A DNA stretch of 64,000 nucleotides, taken from NCBI GenBank assembly GCA_963750165.1, contig CAVVPN010000003.1, forward strand, positions 2,944,001 to 3,008,000. Reading direction: 5' to 3'. The first letter of the stretch is position 1, and each line of letters opens with the position of its first letter. Under the pieces are notes generated by a model. That model was given only the letters and a program-made list of their open reading frames with translations. It was not told where the DNA came from and made no database searches. Origin of the DNA: an uncultured Gemmataceae bacterium (lineage in GTDB: Bacteria > Planctomycetota > Planctomycetia > Gemmatales > Gemmataceae). Of the stretch, positions 32,501 through 44,500 are shown in pieces. Made by a program: the position numbers and the translations under genes.

Positions 32501-35500
32501 GCCGTGGACGGCATCCACGTTGGTGGTGACGCTGAAGCCCGGCAGCAGTGAGCCGGCGCGGATGTTGGAGACCGTGAATTTGCTGGGGTCGTACTCGATG
32601 ACCGAGTCGATGGCATCGATCTCGGTGCTGGGATCGGCACCGGAGACGTTGAAGCGTTCCTGAACGGTAACGGTCTGGCCGTCGCCACCGGTGGCGGCGG
32701 CGAGGTAGAGCCGGGGGTCGGGGCCGAGCGGGCCGGTGATGGTGAAGCCGGTGGGCGGTTGGGGAATGACGCTGGGGAAGGAGCCGACGGCGGCCTTATC
32801 GACATCGGCGGCGTCGAGGCCGGTGACGCCCAGGGTGCCACTGGCGGTGACGCTGCCGATGATCCAGGGATCGAGATCCTTGAAGACGCTGAAGCCGGTG
32901 CCCTGACCGACGCTGACCCGGTCGATGAGGGAGGCGTCCAGGCCGGTGTAGGTGTGGGAGCCATCGATATCGCCCTGGTAGGCGTTGACGTCGATGGCGT
33001 CATCGCCCTGGGCCGCGGTGCCGTTGAGGACGACGCTCTGGGTGGCGAGCAGGGCCTTGTCGGTGTAGGGGGCGTTCTGGGGCACGGTGGCGGTGAGGGT
33101 GAGCAGGGTGCCGGTGCCGCCCGTGGGGTTCCAGTGGCCGCCGCCGCTGCCGCCGACGATGGTGAAGGTGATCAGCATGTGGTGGGCGTCGATGCTGGTG
33201 AAGCTGATCGGGTTGAGGACGAGGTTGCCGTTGCTGGCGGCGTCGGTCGAGAGGGTGGCCGCCGTCACGCTGAGGAGGGTCGGGTCATAGGTCAAGGTGA
33301 AGGAGAGGGACTGGACGGCGGAGGTGATGCCGCTCAGGGTGATGGGCAGTCCGGTGCTGGAGTTGGGGATGTTGACGGTCTGACCGGGCCCGCGGGCGAC
33401 GAAAGCGGCGGTGACCACCGGGGTGAGCACGGGGCTGGCGACGGTGAGGGCCTGGCTGTAATTGCTGGCGAGGGTGGCCCCGCCGACGGCCTTGACGGAG
33501 TTGGTGACGGCGACGGTGTAGTTGCCGGGAGCCAGTTCGCCCGCGGTGGCGACGAAGGTGGCGACGTTGGGATGGGTGGCGTCGATGAGCAGCGAGCCCT
33601 TGACGCTGCCGCTCGGGCCGGTCAGCGTCACGTCGGGGGCCACGGCGGTGGCGCCGGGGCTGTAGAACAGCTGGGTGGTGTTGGGATCGATGGGGCCGTC
33701 GAAGACCAGCTGGACGTAGTTGCCCGAGACGGTCGCGGAATTCACCTGGAAGGTGCTGGTAACCACCTGGTTGACGGGGCCGGAGGCGCTGGGGCCGAAG
33801 CTGCCCTGGGCGGCGAAGTTGGCGGAGATGGGGTGCGTGCCGACGGTCAGCACGGCGGCGCTGCTGAGGGTGATCGTGGCGTTGCCGCTGGCGTCCAGGG
33901 TGCCGGTGGCGCCGCTGATGGCGACGCCGTTGTCCGACAGGGACACCATGTCGCCGGTGACCGAACCGCTGGTGGACGTGACGTGGACCAGGAACGGCAC
34001 CGCCTGCACCGTGCTGCCGAAGTTGAGCGACGGGTTCGGACCCAGGTCCGTGATCGTCGTGCTCGTCATGATGCTGCTCGACGTGACCGTCGCCGTGGAC
34101 ATCATCGTGGCCATTTCCGGCGAGGCGATTTCCATCACGGTCGTGGTGACCGTGAAGCTGCCGGACGTGGCGTAGGTGTGCGTGCCGGCCACGCTGTACG
34201 CGCCGGTGGTGTTGTTGGTGATGGTGACGACGCCGGAGGTCGTGTCCAGCGGCGAGCCGTCGCCCCAGTTGATGGTCACCAGGTAGCTGTTCGCCGGCTC
34301 GGCCGTGCCGCCGTACTGCGCCGGGTCGGTGAACGTCGCCACCGGGCCCGAGAAGGATTGCGTTGCGTTCGCGCTGACGTTCACGCCCGTGCCCGTCAGG
34401 TCGCCGGTGTCGAAGGCGTCGAGCACCTTCGCCGTGGTATTCACCGTCAGCGGGTTGGCGTTGCCCAGGCTGCTGGTGATGGTGAAGGAGACCGGGAAGG
34501 CCGCGCCCGGCGCCGTGGACACGCCGTAGGCGTGCGTGCCGGTGACGATGTACGTCTGGACGTTGCCGTTGGCCGAGCCCAGCGTGATCGTGCCGACGGA
34601 CGCCGCCGTGCCGTCCCCCCAGGTGATCATCGCCGTGTAGTCCGAGACCGGGTTGGCCGAACCACCGAACGGGATCACGTCGGTGAAGGTCCCCACCTGG
34701 GACGTGAACGAGACGTTAATCAGCTTGTTGATGATGGGCGTGCCCGTGCCTGTCAACACGTTGAAGGGCGTGGTGGCATAGGCCACTGTGGCGGTGGTGC
34801 TGAGGAGCAGCGCGGTGGGCTGGTCGGGGTCGTTGATGGTCACGTGGACCGCGTACGAGTGGCCCGACGCCGTGGGCACGGTGTACGTGTGCGTTCCGGT
34901 CACCGCGAAGGTGGTGCCGGAGCCGGAGGTGCTCACGATGCTCACCGTGCCGGCCGAAGTGGCGGTGCCGTCACCCCAGTTGATGGACACGCTGTAGGTG
35001 CCCACCTCAGCCATGGCCGCGGCCATCGTCGTGATGTCCGAATCGACGAAGGTCGCCACCTGCACGTTGGTCGCCGGCGTGTTTTGTGTGGCCGTGACCG
35101 GCATGCCCGAGCCGGAGAGGTCGGTCATCGAGAAGGACGCGACGCCGCGGTAGACCATGTTCGACGACGTGCCGGTCTGGTAGATAATGGGGTCCGTCAG
35201 GCCGACGGCGTCATAGCCGCTGTCGTCGGTGATGCTGAACAGCTGGCCGGGGCCAGGGTCGGCGTTGCCGCCGTTGCCGTACGTCACGTACAGCGTGACG
35301 TTGCCCACCGCGCTGCTGCCCGGGCCTTCGCTCAGCGTCTGGCCGCTGATGTAGTAGTAGCTGATCGGGTTCGGCGCCGCACCCGGGGCGGTGATGTGGT
35401 CCGTCACCATCCAGGTGCCGTCGACCAGCGACCACTTGGTGATGGCACCCATCGCGAAGCTCGGGCCGTCGTCGGACAGGTAGAACGTGTTGATGCCCAC

Positions 35501-38500
35501 CGGGGCCGTGCTGGTGCCGCCGGGACCGGCCGTGTTGTCGAGGTGCGTGAAGTACGCATCGACGAAGAACGTGCTCGCCTGGCCGCCGGCCAGGGCCGCG
35601 GCGTCGGAGAAGCCGGGCAGGTTGCTCGCCGATTGCGCGGAGGTCGGGAAGCCGCTGAAGACCTGCGGGCCGTCGTTGCCGAAGCCCGGAGGGCTGACCA
35701 TGACCAGGTTGCCGGCTTCCGTCTCGAGGGCGGTCACGGTCCCCGTCTGGGTCGTGTCGATCGTCGCCGTCGGGCTCACCGTGCTCGACGACGGGGTGAA
35801 GTTCGCAAAGTAGGTCATGTCGCCGTCGCCGGCCAGGTAGAACTGGTTGCCGTCCGGGCTGAAGACCGCGTTGAAGTTGCCGAAGCCCGAACCCGAGTTG
35901 CCCTTGGTGAAGGTCTCGTCCGCGACGGCACCCGCCGTGGTGACGCGGGCAATCGCGCGGATGATCGACCCGGAAACGGTCGGGATGCCCGGGGCGAGCG
36001 TGCCCTGGCCGGAGACCACGCCCGTGGTGCTGACCGTGACGCCGAGCAGCGGATTGGTGTCGTAGCCGGTGAGCCACAGGGCGCTGTTGGCGCCGTCCAC
36101 CGTCATCTGCTCCGTGGTCGATTGCTGGCCGTTGCCCACAATGGCGTGGATGGTGTTCTGCGTGCCGGTGCCGTCGTTGGCGGGCAGGATGATCGACTGG
36201 ACGATGGTGCCGGCCGTCGTGATCTCGTCGATGTAGATCGTGCTGCCGATGGCACCCTGAACCGTGCTGCCGGTCGGGGCATTCAGGGAGGTAATGCCGT
36301 CACCGATGCGCTGGACGAACTTGTCGCCCACGCCGAAGGCGTTGGTCTGGACGGCCTGCTGGTAAACGCCCATGCCCTGGAAGTAGGTTCCGTCGCCGCT
36401 GTAGACCGCGGTGATCGACTGGATGCCGGGCAGCAGGAACTGGTTGCCGTTCGTGTCGGTGCCCTGGAGCACGGCGGTGGTCAGGCCGACCGAGGCCGTG
36501 CCGCCGGACAGCATCACCGGGGAACCAATCGGGAGCAGGTTGTCGTAGAACTGCACGTAGCCGGTCGGGGTGCCACCGGAGCCCGACACCGTGACCGTCT
36601 CCATCACGGAGGCGCCGTTGTTGCCGGGGTTGGCGTTGCTGGTCGCCACCGTGATCGTCGGCGCCACGACGACAGTGACAGCCGGGCTGCCCGCGGCGTT
36701 CTGGCTGCCCACGAAGTTGTTGTCGCCGGTGTAGACGGCGAAGATGTTGTGCGGGCTACCGGCGCTCGGCAGCGTGCCGCTGGCGGTCGCAAGGAACTCA
36801 AGCACGCCGTTGACGATGGTCGGCGTCAGGTTTACCGCCGAGCCGATTTTGGTGCCGCCGGCGCCGGTGCTGGTCGCGTCCCGCCAGAACTGGACCGTTC
36901 CGGTGAGGACGGCGTTCGACCCGGTGAACGTCACCTGCGCGGTGAACGTGTCCGACGTGGTGGTGGTCACGGTTGCGAACTGCGCGGAGACCGTCGTCGT
37001 CGTGGCTTCCTGGGCAACGGTGGCCATCTGCGAGTTATCGGAGCTGCTGGCGTAGAAGGAGTCGCCGGTGTAGACCGCGGTGATGGTGCCGCTCTGGGCG
37101 ACCAGGAGATCGCTCACGGGCGCCAGGGTCGCGGTGCCGTTGACCAGCGGCGCGGAGCCGATTTCCACACCCGTCGAGGTCTGGAAGCTGACATACCCGG
37201 TCGGCGTCGGGCCCGAGCCGGTCACGGTCGCGGACAGAACCACGTTGGTCGTCGAGTCCGCGTAGGTGCCGGGCGGGGTGGTCGTGACTTGCGCCATCGT
37301 CGTGCTGGTGGCGGTCCCCGCAGCCTGCGGCGCGAAGGCGACGCCGCGGAACGCCGTGCCCGCCGCCGCCGTCTCCACGGTGGTGAAGACGAAGCTCGGG
37401 GCGCTGCCGTTGGTCGTGCCGCCGGTGATCTCGACGATCCGGTTGCCGCTGGCGGCCGTCGTCGTCGCGTAGATGATCGGGGCGCTGACATTGCTAAAGT
37501 CCACGACCAGGCCCTGGAGGCCGCCGTCGGCGGTGGCATCGACCTGCGCCTGACCCACCAGGTTCCACTGACCGCTGCCCAGCGTGTCGTAATACTCAAG
37601 GATGCCGCCCAGGCTGTCCGTTCGGCTGTCGGCGACGAAGATCGTCCTGCCATTCGGGCTGACGGCGATCTGGCCGGTGGCGGGGAAGTTGCCGAAGGCG
37701 TCTCTCCCGGTGTTGAAGTCGGTGCCGCCGCCATTGCCGAGCGTGGTCTCAGCCTGGCCGGCGACCGTCGCCAAACCGCCGAGCACCTGAGCCGGGCCGT
37801 CGATCGAACTGAGGCCGCCGCCCGGGCTGCCCGCGGCGCCGGTGATGTAGATCTGGCCGGCCTGAGCAGCCGTGCCGGTCTGGCCATTGCCGGGCTGGAT
37901 CTCGACCGTGTTCGCGCCGGGGTAATAGTTGCTGACCAGGACGCTCGGGGTCGAGGCGCTGTTGCCGAACGGGACGTACCGGAGGTAGTTGCTCCCGGCG
38001 ACCCAGAAGCCCAGGCCGTCGGCCGAGATGGCGGCCTTCACCGAACCGCCGATGTCCGAACTGGCGATCTGCGTGGCGGTGCTGACCGAGCCGTTGGCCT
38101 GGAGCAGGGCAATCGCGGAGGCGGCGCCGCTGGTGCTGGCGCCGGCATCCACAAGATACCCAGCCAATGACGCAGTGTGGCCGTCGGCGGAATCGCTGAC
38201 GAGGCCTTCCGGAATCGTCACACCACTCACGACGGGGTTGGTGCCCTTGAGCGTCAGCTCACCCGCCCCGCTCGTCGGCAGGTAGATGGTCTGGACGGCG
38301 GCCCCGCCCGTCGTCTGGAACTCGCTGACGGACGTGGCCGTCGCGTTGGCGTTGGAACCAACCGTGCCCACGGTGGCGATCAGGTTGCCCGCGCCGAAGG
38401 CCTGGCCGGACACGCCCGTGCTCTGGTCATCCTTCACATCGCCCTGGTAGACCGCGGTGAACGAGTGCTCGCCGCTCAGGGCGCCGGCGGCGATCGTCAA

Positions 38501-41500
38501 GGTCGCGACGCCGCCGTTCAGCAAGGCCGAGCCGTATGGGGTGCTGCTGCCGTCGAGGTAGAAGTACACTGCACCGGTCGGCACGTTGGCCCCGCCGGTC
38601 GGGTCGGTCACGGTCGCGGTGACGCTGTAGCCGGCGGTCGCGTTGCCGGTGACGGCCACCGCGGTGCTGGTGGCGTAGCCCGGAACGAAGGCCAGGCCGG
38701 AGAAGTTCATGTTGGCGTTCGGGCTCGTCGGGTTGGTCGTGGGGGCGCCGCCGACGAACGCCAGATTGGTGAAGACGCGGTTCGGCGAGGTGCCGTTGAA
38801 GCCGAAGCCCTGATCGACGCCGGTCGTGCCCGAAAGGGGGGCGGCGCCGTTCGTGTCGAGGTACGCATCGATCTGGTTGGGGTTCGCCTGCTGGACGTTG
38901 ACGCCGGTCACGTAGAGCTGAATCTTGGCGGTGGCCGTGCCGGGGTTCACGACGTAACCGGTCACGGCGGTGACGCCGCCGGCAGAGATCAGCTTGGCGC
39001 CGAACGTGCCGTCATACATGCCGGTCGAAGTGTCGAAGCCGCCGTACACCCACTGGGCCGCGGTGCCGCCGGTGGCGGTCGCCACGGCGCCGCTCGTCCG
39101 CTGGTAGGTGAAGTGCATGTTGTCCGTCACGGTGATCAGGAAGGTGCCGTTGAAGGTCGCATCCGAGGCACCCGTGATCTGCACGAACTGACCGCTTACC
39201 AGCGTGTTGGCGGCGGTGGTGGTCACGGTCACCAGGCCGGTGCCGTCGTCGGACAGCGTGCTGATGGTGGCGGGGGTGTTCAACCAGAACTTGAGCAGAC
39301 CGTTCGCCTGGTCGGCGACGTAGGCGACGTTCGGGTTGTTCGTGCTGCCGTCGGCGGTGTTGAGCAGCAGGACCTCTTCGGCGTTTTCCTTGCCCGGATA
39401 GAAGAGGTTGTAATTCTGCGAGAAGGCCGGCAGGGGCGTCAGGGTCTGGCCGATCGTCGTCGGCAGGCCGGTGCCGACCGCCGTCGTGTGGCCGCCCCCC
39501 GTGGTGTTGTAGAGCTGGCCGCCGGCGATGCCGATCGAGGCGGACCCCGTATTGACGGGGCCGATCTGAGTCGCCGTGGTGGCGCCGACGCTGCCCACGT
39601 AGAGGATGCCGCTGTCGGTCGTATCACCGACCGGCAGGTTGCTGCCGAGGTAGAACTGACTGCCGTCGTAGGACACCACATCCGTCGGGTTGTAGGGCAC
39701 GCTGGCCGGCGAGGCCGCCGTGGCACTGGAAACCGTCGGCGAGGTGCTGCTGATGTTATTCGGGTCCACGTAGCTGAGGGTGGTGCCCGAGGCCGCGGTG
39801 ATCGTGAAGGTGCCGTCGTAGGCCGTGCCGCTGGTGCCGTCGGTGATGCCGCTGATGGTGACCGTCTGGCCAGCCATGAAGAAATTCGACGAGTTCAGGG
39901 TGATCGTGACGGTCTGGCCGGTGCCGGTGCCGGTCGCGGTCGCCGACTTGATCGAGGCGGGGACGCCGCTGCCAGTCGGGTTGGCCACGCCGATGGCCGT
40001 GGTCGTGTTCACGCCGCCCGTGCCATCGACCAGGGCGATGGTGCGCGGGAACTGGTATGGGAAGGTCGAGGTCAGGAAGGTGCGGCCGACCGGCACGTCA
40101 TAGCCGGCGACGGTCAGGTACGCGCCGTTGGCCGAGCGGTTCAGCAGACCTTCGCCGCCGTTCTGGCCGCTGAGCAGCAGGGCGTGGGTCGTGCCGGCGT
40201 CCAGGTTCGGCAGGGCGATGCGCTGCACCAGAGTCCCGGAGGTGGTGTACTCGTCGAGGAAGACGAGGTAGCCCGAGCTGCCCAGGTTGATGTTGCCGTC
40301 GCCGCGCTGCACGGCGACCAGGTTGCCCGGCGTGAACGCCTGCTTGACGGTCTCGACGAAGGCGGTGCCGCTGGTCGAGCCGGTGGTATCGACGGTGAAG
40401 GCGTTGTAGCCGCTGGTCCCGCTCGGCGTGTAGGAGAGCGTGACGAAGTAGCTGCCGGGCTGGCTCAGCGCCGGCGCGTTGCTCCAGGTGGCCGTGGTGG
40501 TGTTGCCGCTGCCGGTGAGGGCGATCGCACTCGACGTGCCGATGACAGCGCCGGTCGTGGCCGAGGTCAAGGTGAAGATCACCGAACCGGCCGGGTTGCC
40601 CACCGTGGAGTTGCCGGCGACCGAGACCGTATAGGTCGGGGTCGCGTTGAGGGCAACGTTGTTCGCCGAGGAACTGAAGGTCGCGGTCGCGTTGGCGGCG
40701 ACGTTGATGGTCACGGGGATGTTGGATTGCTCACCCGATTCATACTGGTTGCTGCCGTTGTAGATGGCGATGACGGTGTCCGTGCCAGCCGTCGCAAAGG
40801 CGGTGTTCAGCGTCGCGATGCCCGTGGTCGCGTTCAGGCTCGAAGTGCCGAGCAAGTTGGCCGGGGTGACCGAGCCGAGGTAGAAGCTGACCGTGCCGGT
40901 GGCGCCGTGGTCGCCCGCGACGTCGGTGGTGACGGTCGCGGTCAGCGTCACCTGCTTGCCGACCGCCGCGGCTGACAGGTTCGAGGTCAGGACCGTCAAG
41001 GTGTCATAGTCGCCATCCTCAATGATCTGAATCGTGTTGGACCGGGCCGGGGCCAGGGCCTGAACGCCGCCGCCGGCGAAGTAGGCCTGGACGTAGTGGT
41101 TGCCGGAGACGCCGCTCGGCAGGGTGAGGATCGCCTCGTTGGAGACGCTGGCGCCAACAGTGGCCTGGCCGAGGATGGTGTTGGTGTTCTGGTCGATGAA
41201 GGTGACGACCTCGCCGTTCAGGTTCACGCCCGACTCGGGGTTGCTCAACGTGGCGGTGAGGGTGACGGCGGTGCCCGGGTTGAGCGGATTGGTCGGAGCC
41301 TGGCTCAGGACGACGTTGGTCGCGGCGACCGGGGCGAAGGCGACGCCGCGCAGGGCGACATCGCCGAAGTACCCCGGGGACGAAGTGTTGGTGATGTTGT
41401 CCGAGCCGGCGTTGACCTCGGCGATGACGGTGCCGGTGAGCGTTGGGTCGGCGGCGCCCGCGTTATCGATTTCCGCAAGGTTCGAGGCACCGGAATTCGT

Positions 41501-44500
41501 GTCCGTGTAAGTCAGCGTATTGCCGCTCACGGACAGCACCTGGAAGATGCCGTTATAGCCTGCATTGATGGCGGCGCCCCCCAGCCCGTTCGAGTTCGCG
41601 GTGGTCACGACCACCCCGTCCACCTGGATCATCTGATTCAGCCAGGCCGGAGCAACGTTCGTGGCGAATGTGAGGGTGACCGTGGTGCCCGATTCGGTCG
41701 CCCTGGTGATGGCGTTCCCGGTGTTCGGGTCGGTCCAACTCTGGACGAGGCTGTTGTCGCTGCTCGTCGAGGTTGCGGTGTTGTCGTACGCGGTGGTGTA
41801 GAGCTGCACCACGCCGCTGGGCAGCACCGTCCCGGTGATGCCGCGGAGCTGACCGACGCCGCCGGCGCCAACCTGAATGGGAGCGTCGCCGAGGCGAACG
41901 GGGACGCTCCAGTGGTTCACGAAACCCGCGGCGGCGGCGGCCACGTTGTTCGGCGTGTTCCAGGGGTTCCAGGTGATGGCGTCGTTCCAGACGGAGACGT
42001 AGATGCCGCCGGTGCCGGCGTGGCCGACCGTGCCGTCATCGACGAAATACAGCCGATCCCCGTTATCGACGATGCCGTCGCCGTTCACGTCGGCGACGTA
42101 AATGCCGCCGAGTTTGGAGGCGCCGAAGAGGGCCGGAACGACCTGGATGTCGTTGGCCGGGGTGGGGCCGGTGGGCTGGGCCTGGGCTTCGGTGAAAATG
42201 CCGGCGGTGTTGAGGATCGTGGCCCCGGCGGTCATACTGGCCGTGGAGCCGTAGACGCGGCCGTCGAAGCCGATGGTGATGCCGCGGATGTTGGTGCTGG
42301 CCGAGGCCTGGGTGCCGGGCGAGGGACCCTCGGTCGGGAAGTAGTGAATGCCCTGCGAGACGGCACCGCCGGCCTGGTTCGGGTGGCCGGCCGTCCAGAT
42401 CGGGCCGACAGGGGTCGCAGCCACCGAACCGCGGTTGTCGTCGCCGACGTAGAACGCGCCCTGGGTGGTCGAGTTGTAGAAGGAGCTGGTGAGGCTGGGG
42501 GTGTTCGGGGTCGTGGTGGCGAGGGCAGTCCCGGGGTTGCCGGCGAGGACCGCGACGACGCGGTTGTTTTGCCCGGTCGGCGTGGACGGGGACGTCAGCC
42601 CGCCGTTGTTCACCGTGGAATCAATGCCGTCAAAGCTCAGGGCCCCGCCGTCGGCGGAGCGGTTGAGCTGGCCGTTACCGGCGGCAGCGCTCAGATCGAT
42701 GGTGATCGGCTGGTTGCCCGCCTGAGCACCGGCGCCTGTCACCGCGGGGATGGAGTCCTGCTGCACCACGGCGTATGCCCAGGCGCCGCCCGATGCGCCA
42801 GATGTCAGCGGGGCAGGCGTACCCGCCGCCAGGCCGGCCGCGGCCGGGTCGGCGTAGGTGAACATGTTCCCGGCGTTGTTCACACTGGCGACCGCGAAGA
42901 CGCCGTTGTAGGCGCTGTTGATGGTGCTGCCGACCTGCACACCCGACACCTGCACATACTGGCCCACGGAAAAGTTCTGCGTGCCGGGGCCCGTCGTGAC
43001 CGTGACGTTGCCCATGCTGTCCGCGGTGGTGCCAGTGATGGCGATCAGGCTCGTCTGGGCAGTGGTCGTGCCGATCTCGTTCAGAAACAGCGGGGCCTGC
43101 GCGTTGTAGCTGGCAACGCCGTCGCCGGCCTGCAAGACCACGAGGTTGCCCGGGGTGTATTGCTTGTAGGCGGAAATGTTGATGTTATCAAAACGCCAGT
43201 TGCCGGAGCTGTTATTCAGAGCGGCTCCGGCGGTGTTGACGCAGTCCGCACCGGTCGAGGCGTTCACCAACTCGATGGCGAAATTCGGATTATTCGCCGC
43301 CGCCGGGTCAGTAATGCTCACCGACAAATTGGGCGCCCAGTTCTGGCCCGAAATCTGGACGTACGAGCCAACGACCGTATTGGGGGAGCTGCTGTTGGTG
43401 TGGGCGGTGACGCTGCTGAGGTCGGCCGCCGGGACATTCACCGGGACATTGGTCCAGGTGGTGCCGCCGTTCGTGGTGTATTCGACTTGCAGCTTCCCTT
43501 CACCCTGCGTCGTCGCGTACCAGTCGAAGCTGACGTTGATGGGCCCACCGTACCCCACGGTGCTCGTGGCGAACTCGGCGCCCTGCGTGCCGATCGGCGC
43601 CTGGCTCGACCAGCCGTTGCCGGGGCTCTGCCCGCGGACGCGCCAGGTCTGGGTGGTATCGGCGAGCCCGTTGCTACCCGTGTCGCCGGCCACACCCTGC
43701 GTGACATCGTCGGTGTTCGTGCTGGTGGTGCCGTTGTACGAGTTGGTCATGCCCAGCCCGCTGGCCGTCCCAGTGCCCAGCGAGGGGGTCGGGCTGTTAT
43801 TCACGGCGATCGTGTTGTTTTCAAAGCTCCACTGCGCGAGGGCGAAGGACGGGGCCAGGGGCACTGCTATCACCGTCAAGGTGAAGCCCTGCGCGGGGCC
43901 GGTGCCGGCCGAGTTGGTGGCCGTGAACGAGAGGGGGAACGAGCCGGCCTGGGTCGGCACACCGCTCAGCACCCCGGTGCCGGTGTTGAACGTCACGCCA
44001 GCCGGCAAGGTGCCGGTTTCGGCATACGTAATCGCGGTCGGGTAGCCGGTTGCGGTAACAGTGAAGGAATTGTTCGCGCCGGCATTGAAGGTCGTGCTGC
44101 TGGGGCTGGTGATGGACGGTGCCTGGTTGACGGTCACGTTGCTGCCGAAGGCCGCGGAGTTGCTGGCGTTGAAGCCAGTGCCGGGGATATAAAAGGCCTC
44201 GACGCTGGTGTACTGGCCGGGCGGCACGCTGCTGCTCGTTACCGTGAAGGTGGTCGTGTTCGTGCTCGTGGTATTGGTGGTGGCGGTGGCGAGCACGGTG
44301 CCGCTCGTGGTGTCCTTGAACTGCACCGAGCCGGCAGTTGGCGGCGCCGAGTCGGAAGTATCGGTCACGGTGGCGCTGAACGCCACCGGACTGCCGAACG
44401 TGGAGGTCGTGGGGCTGATCGAGTTGATCGCGGTCGAGGTCGAGTCGTTCGCAACAACTGGGGTTCCCGAGATCGTGATATTATCGAAGCGCCAGTTGCC

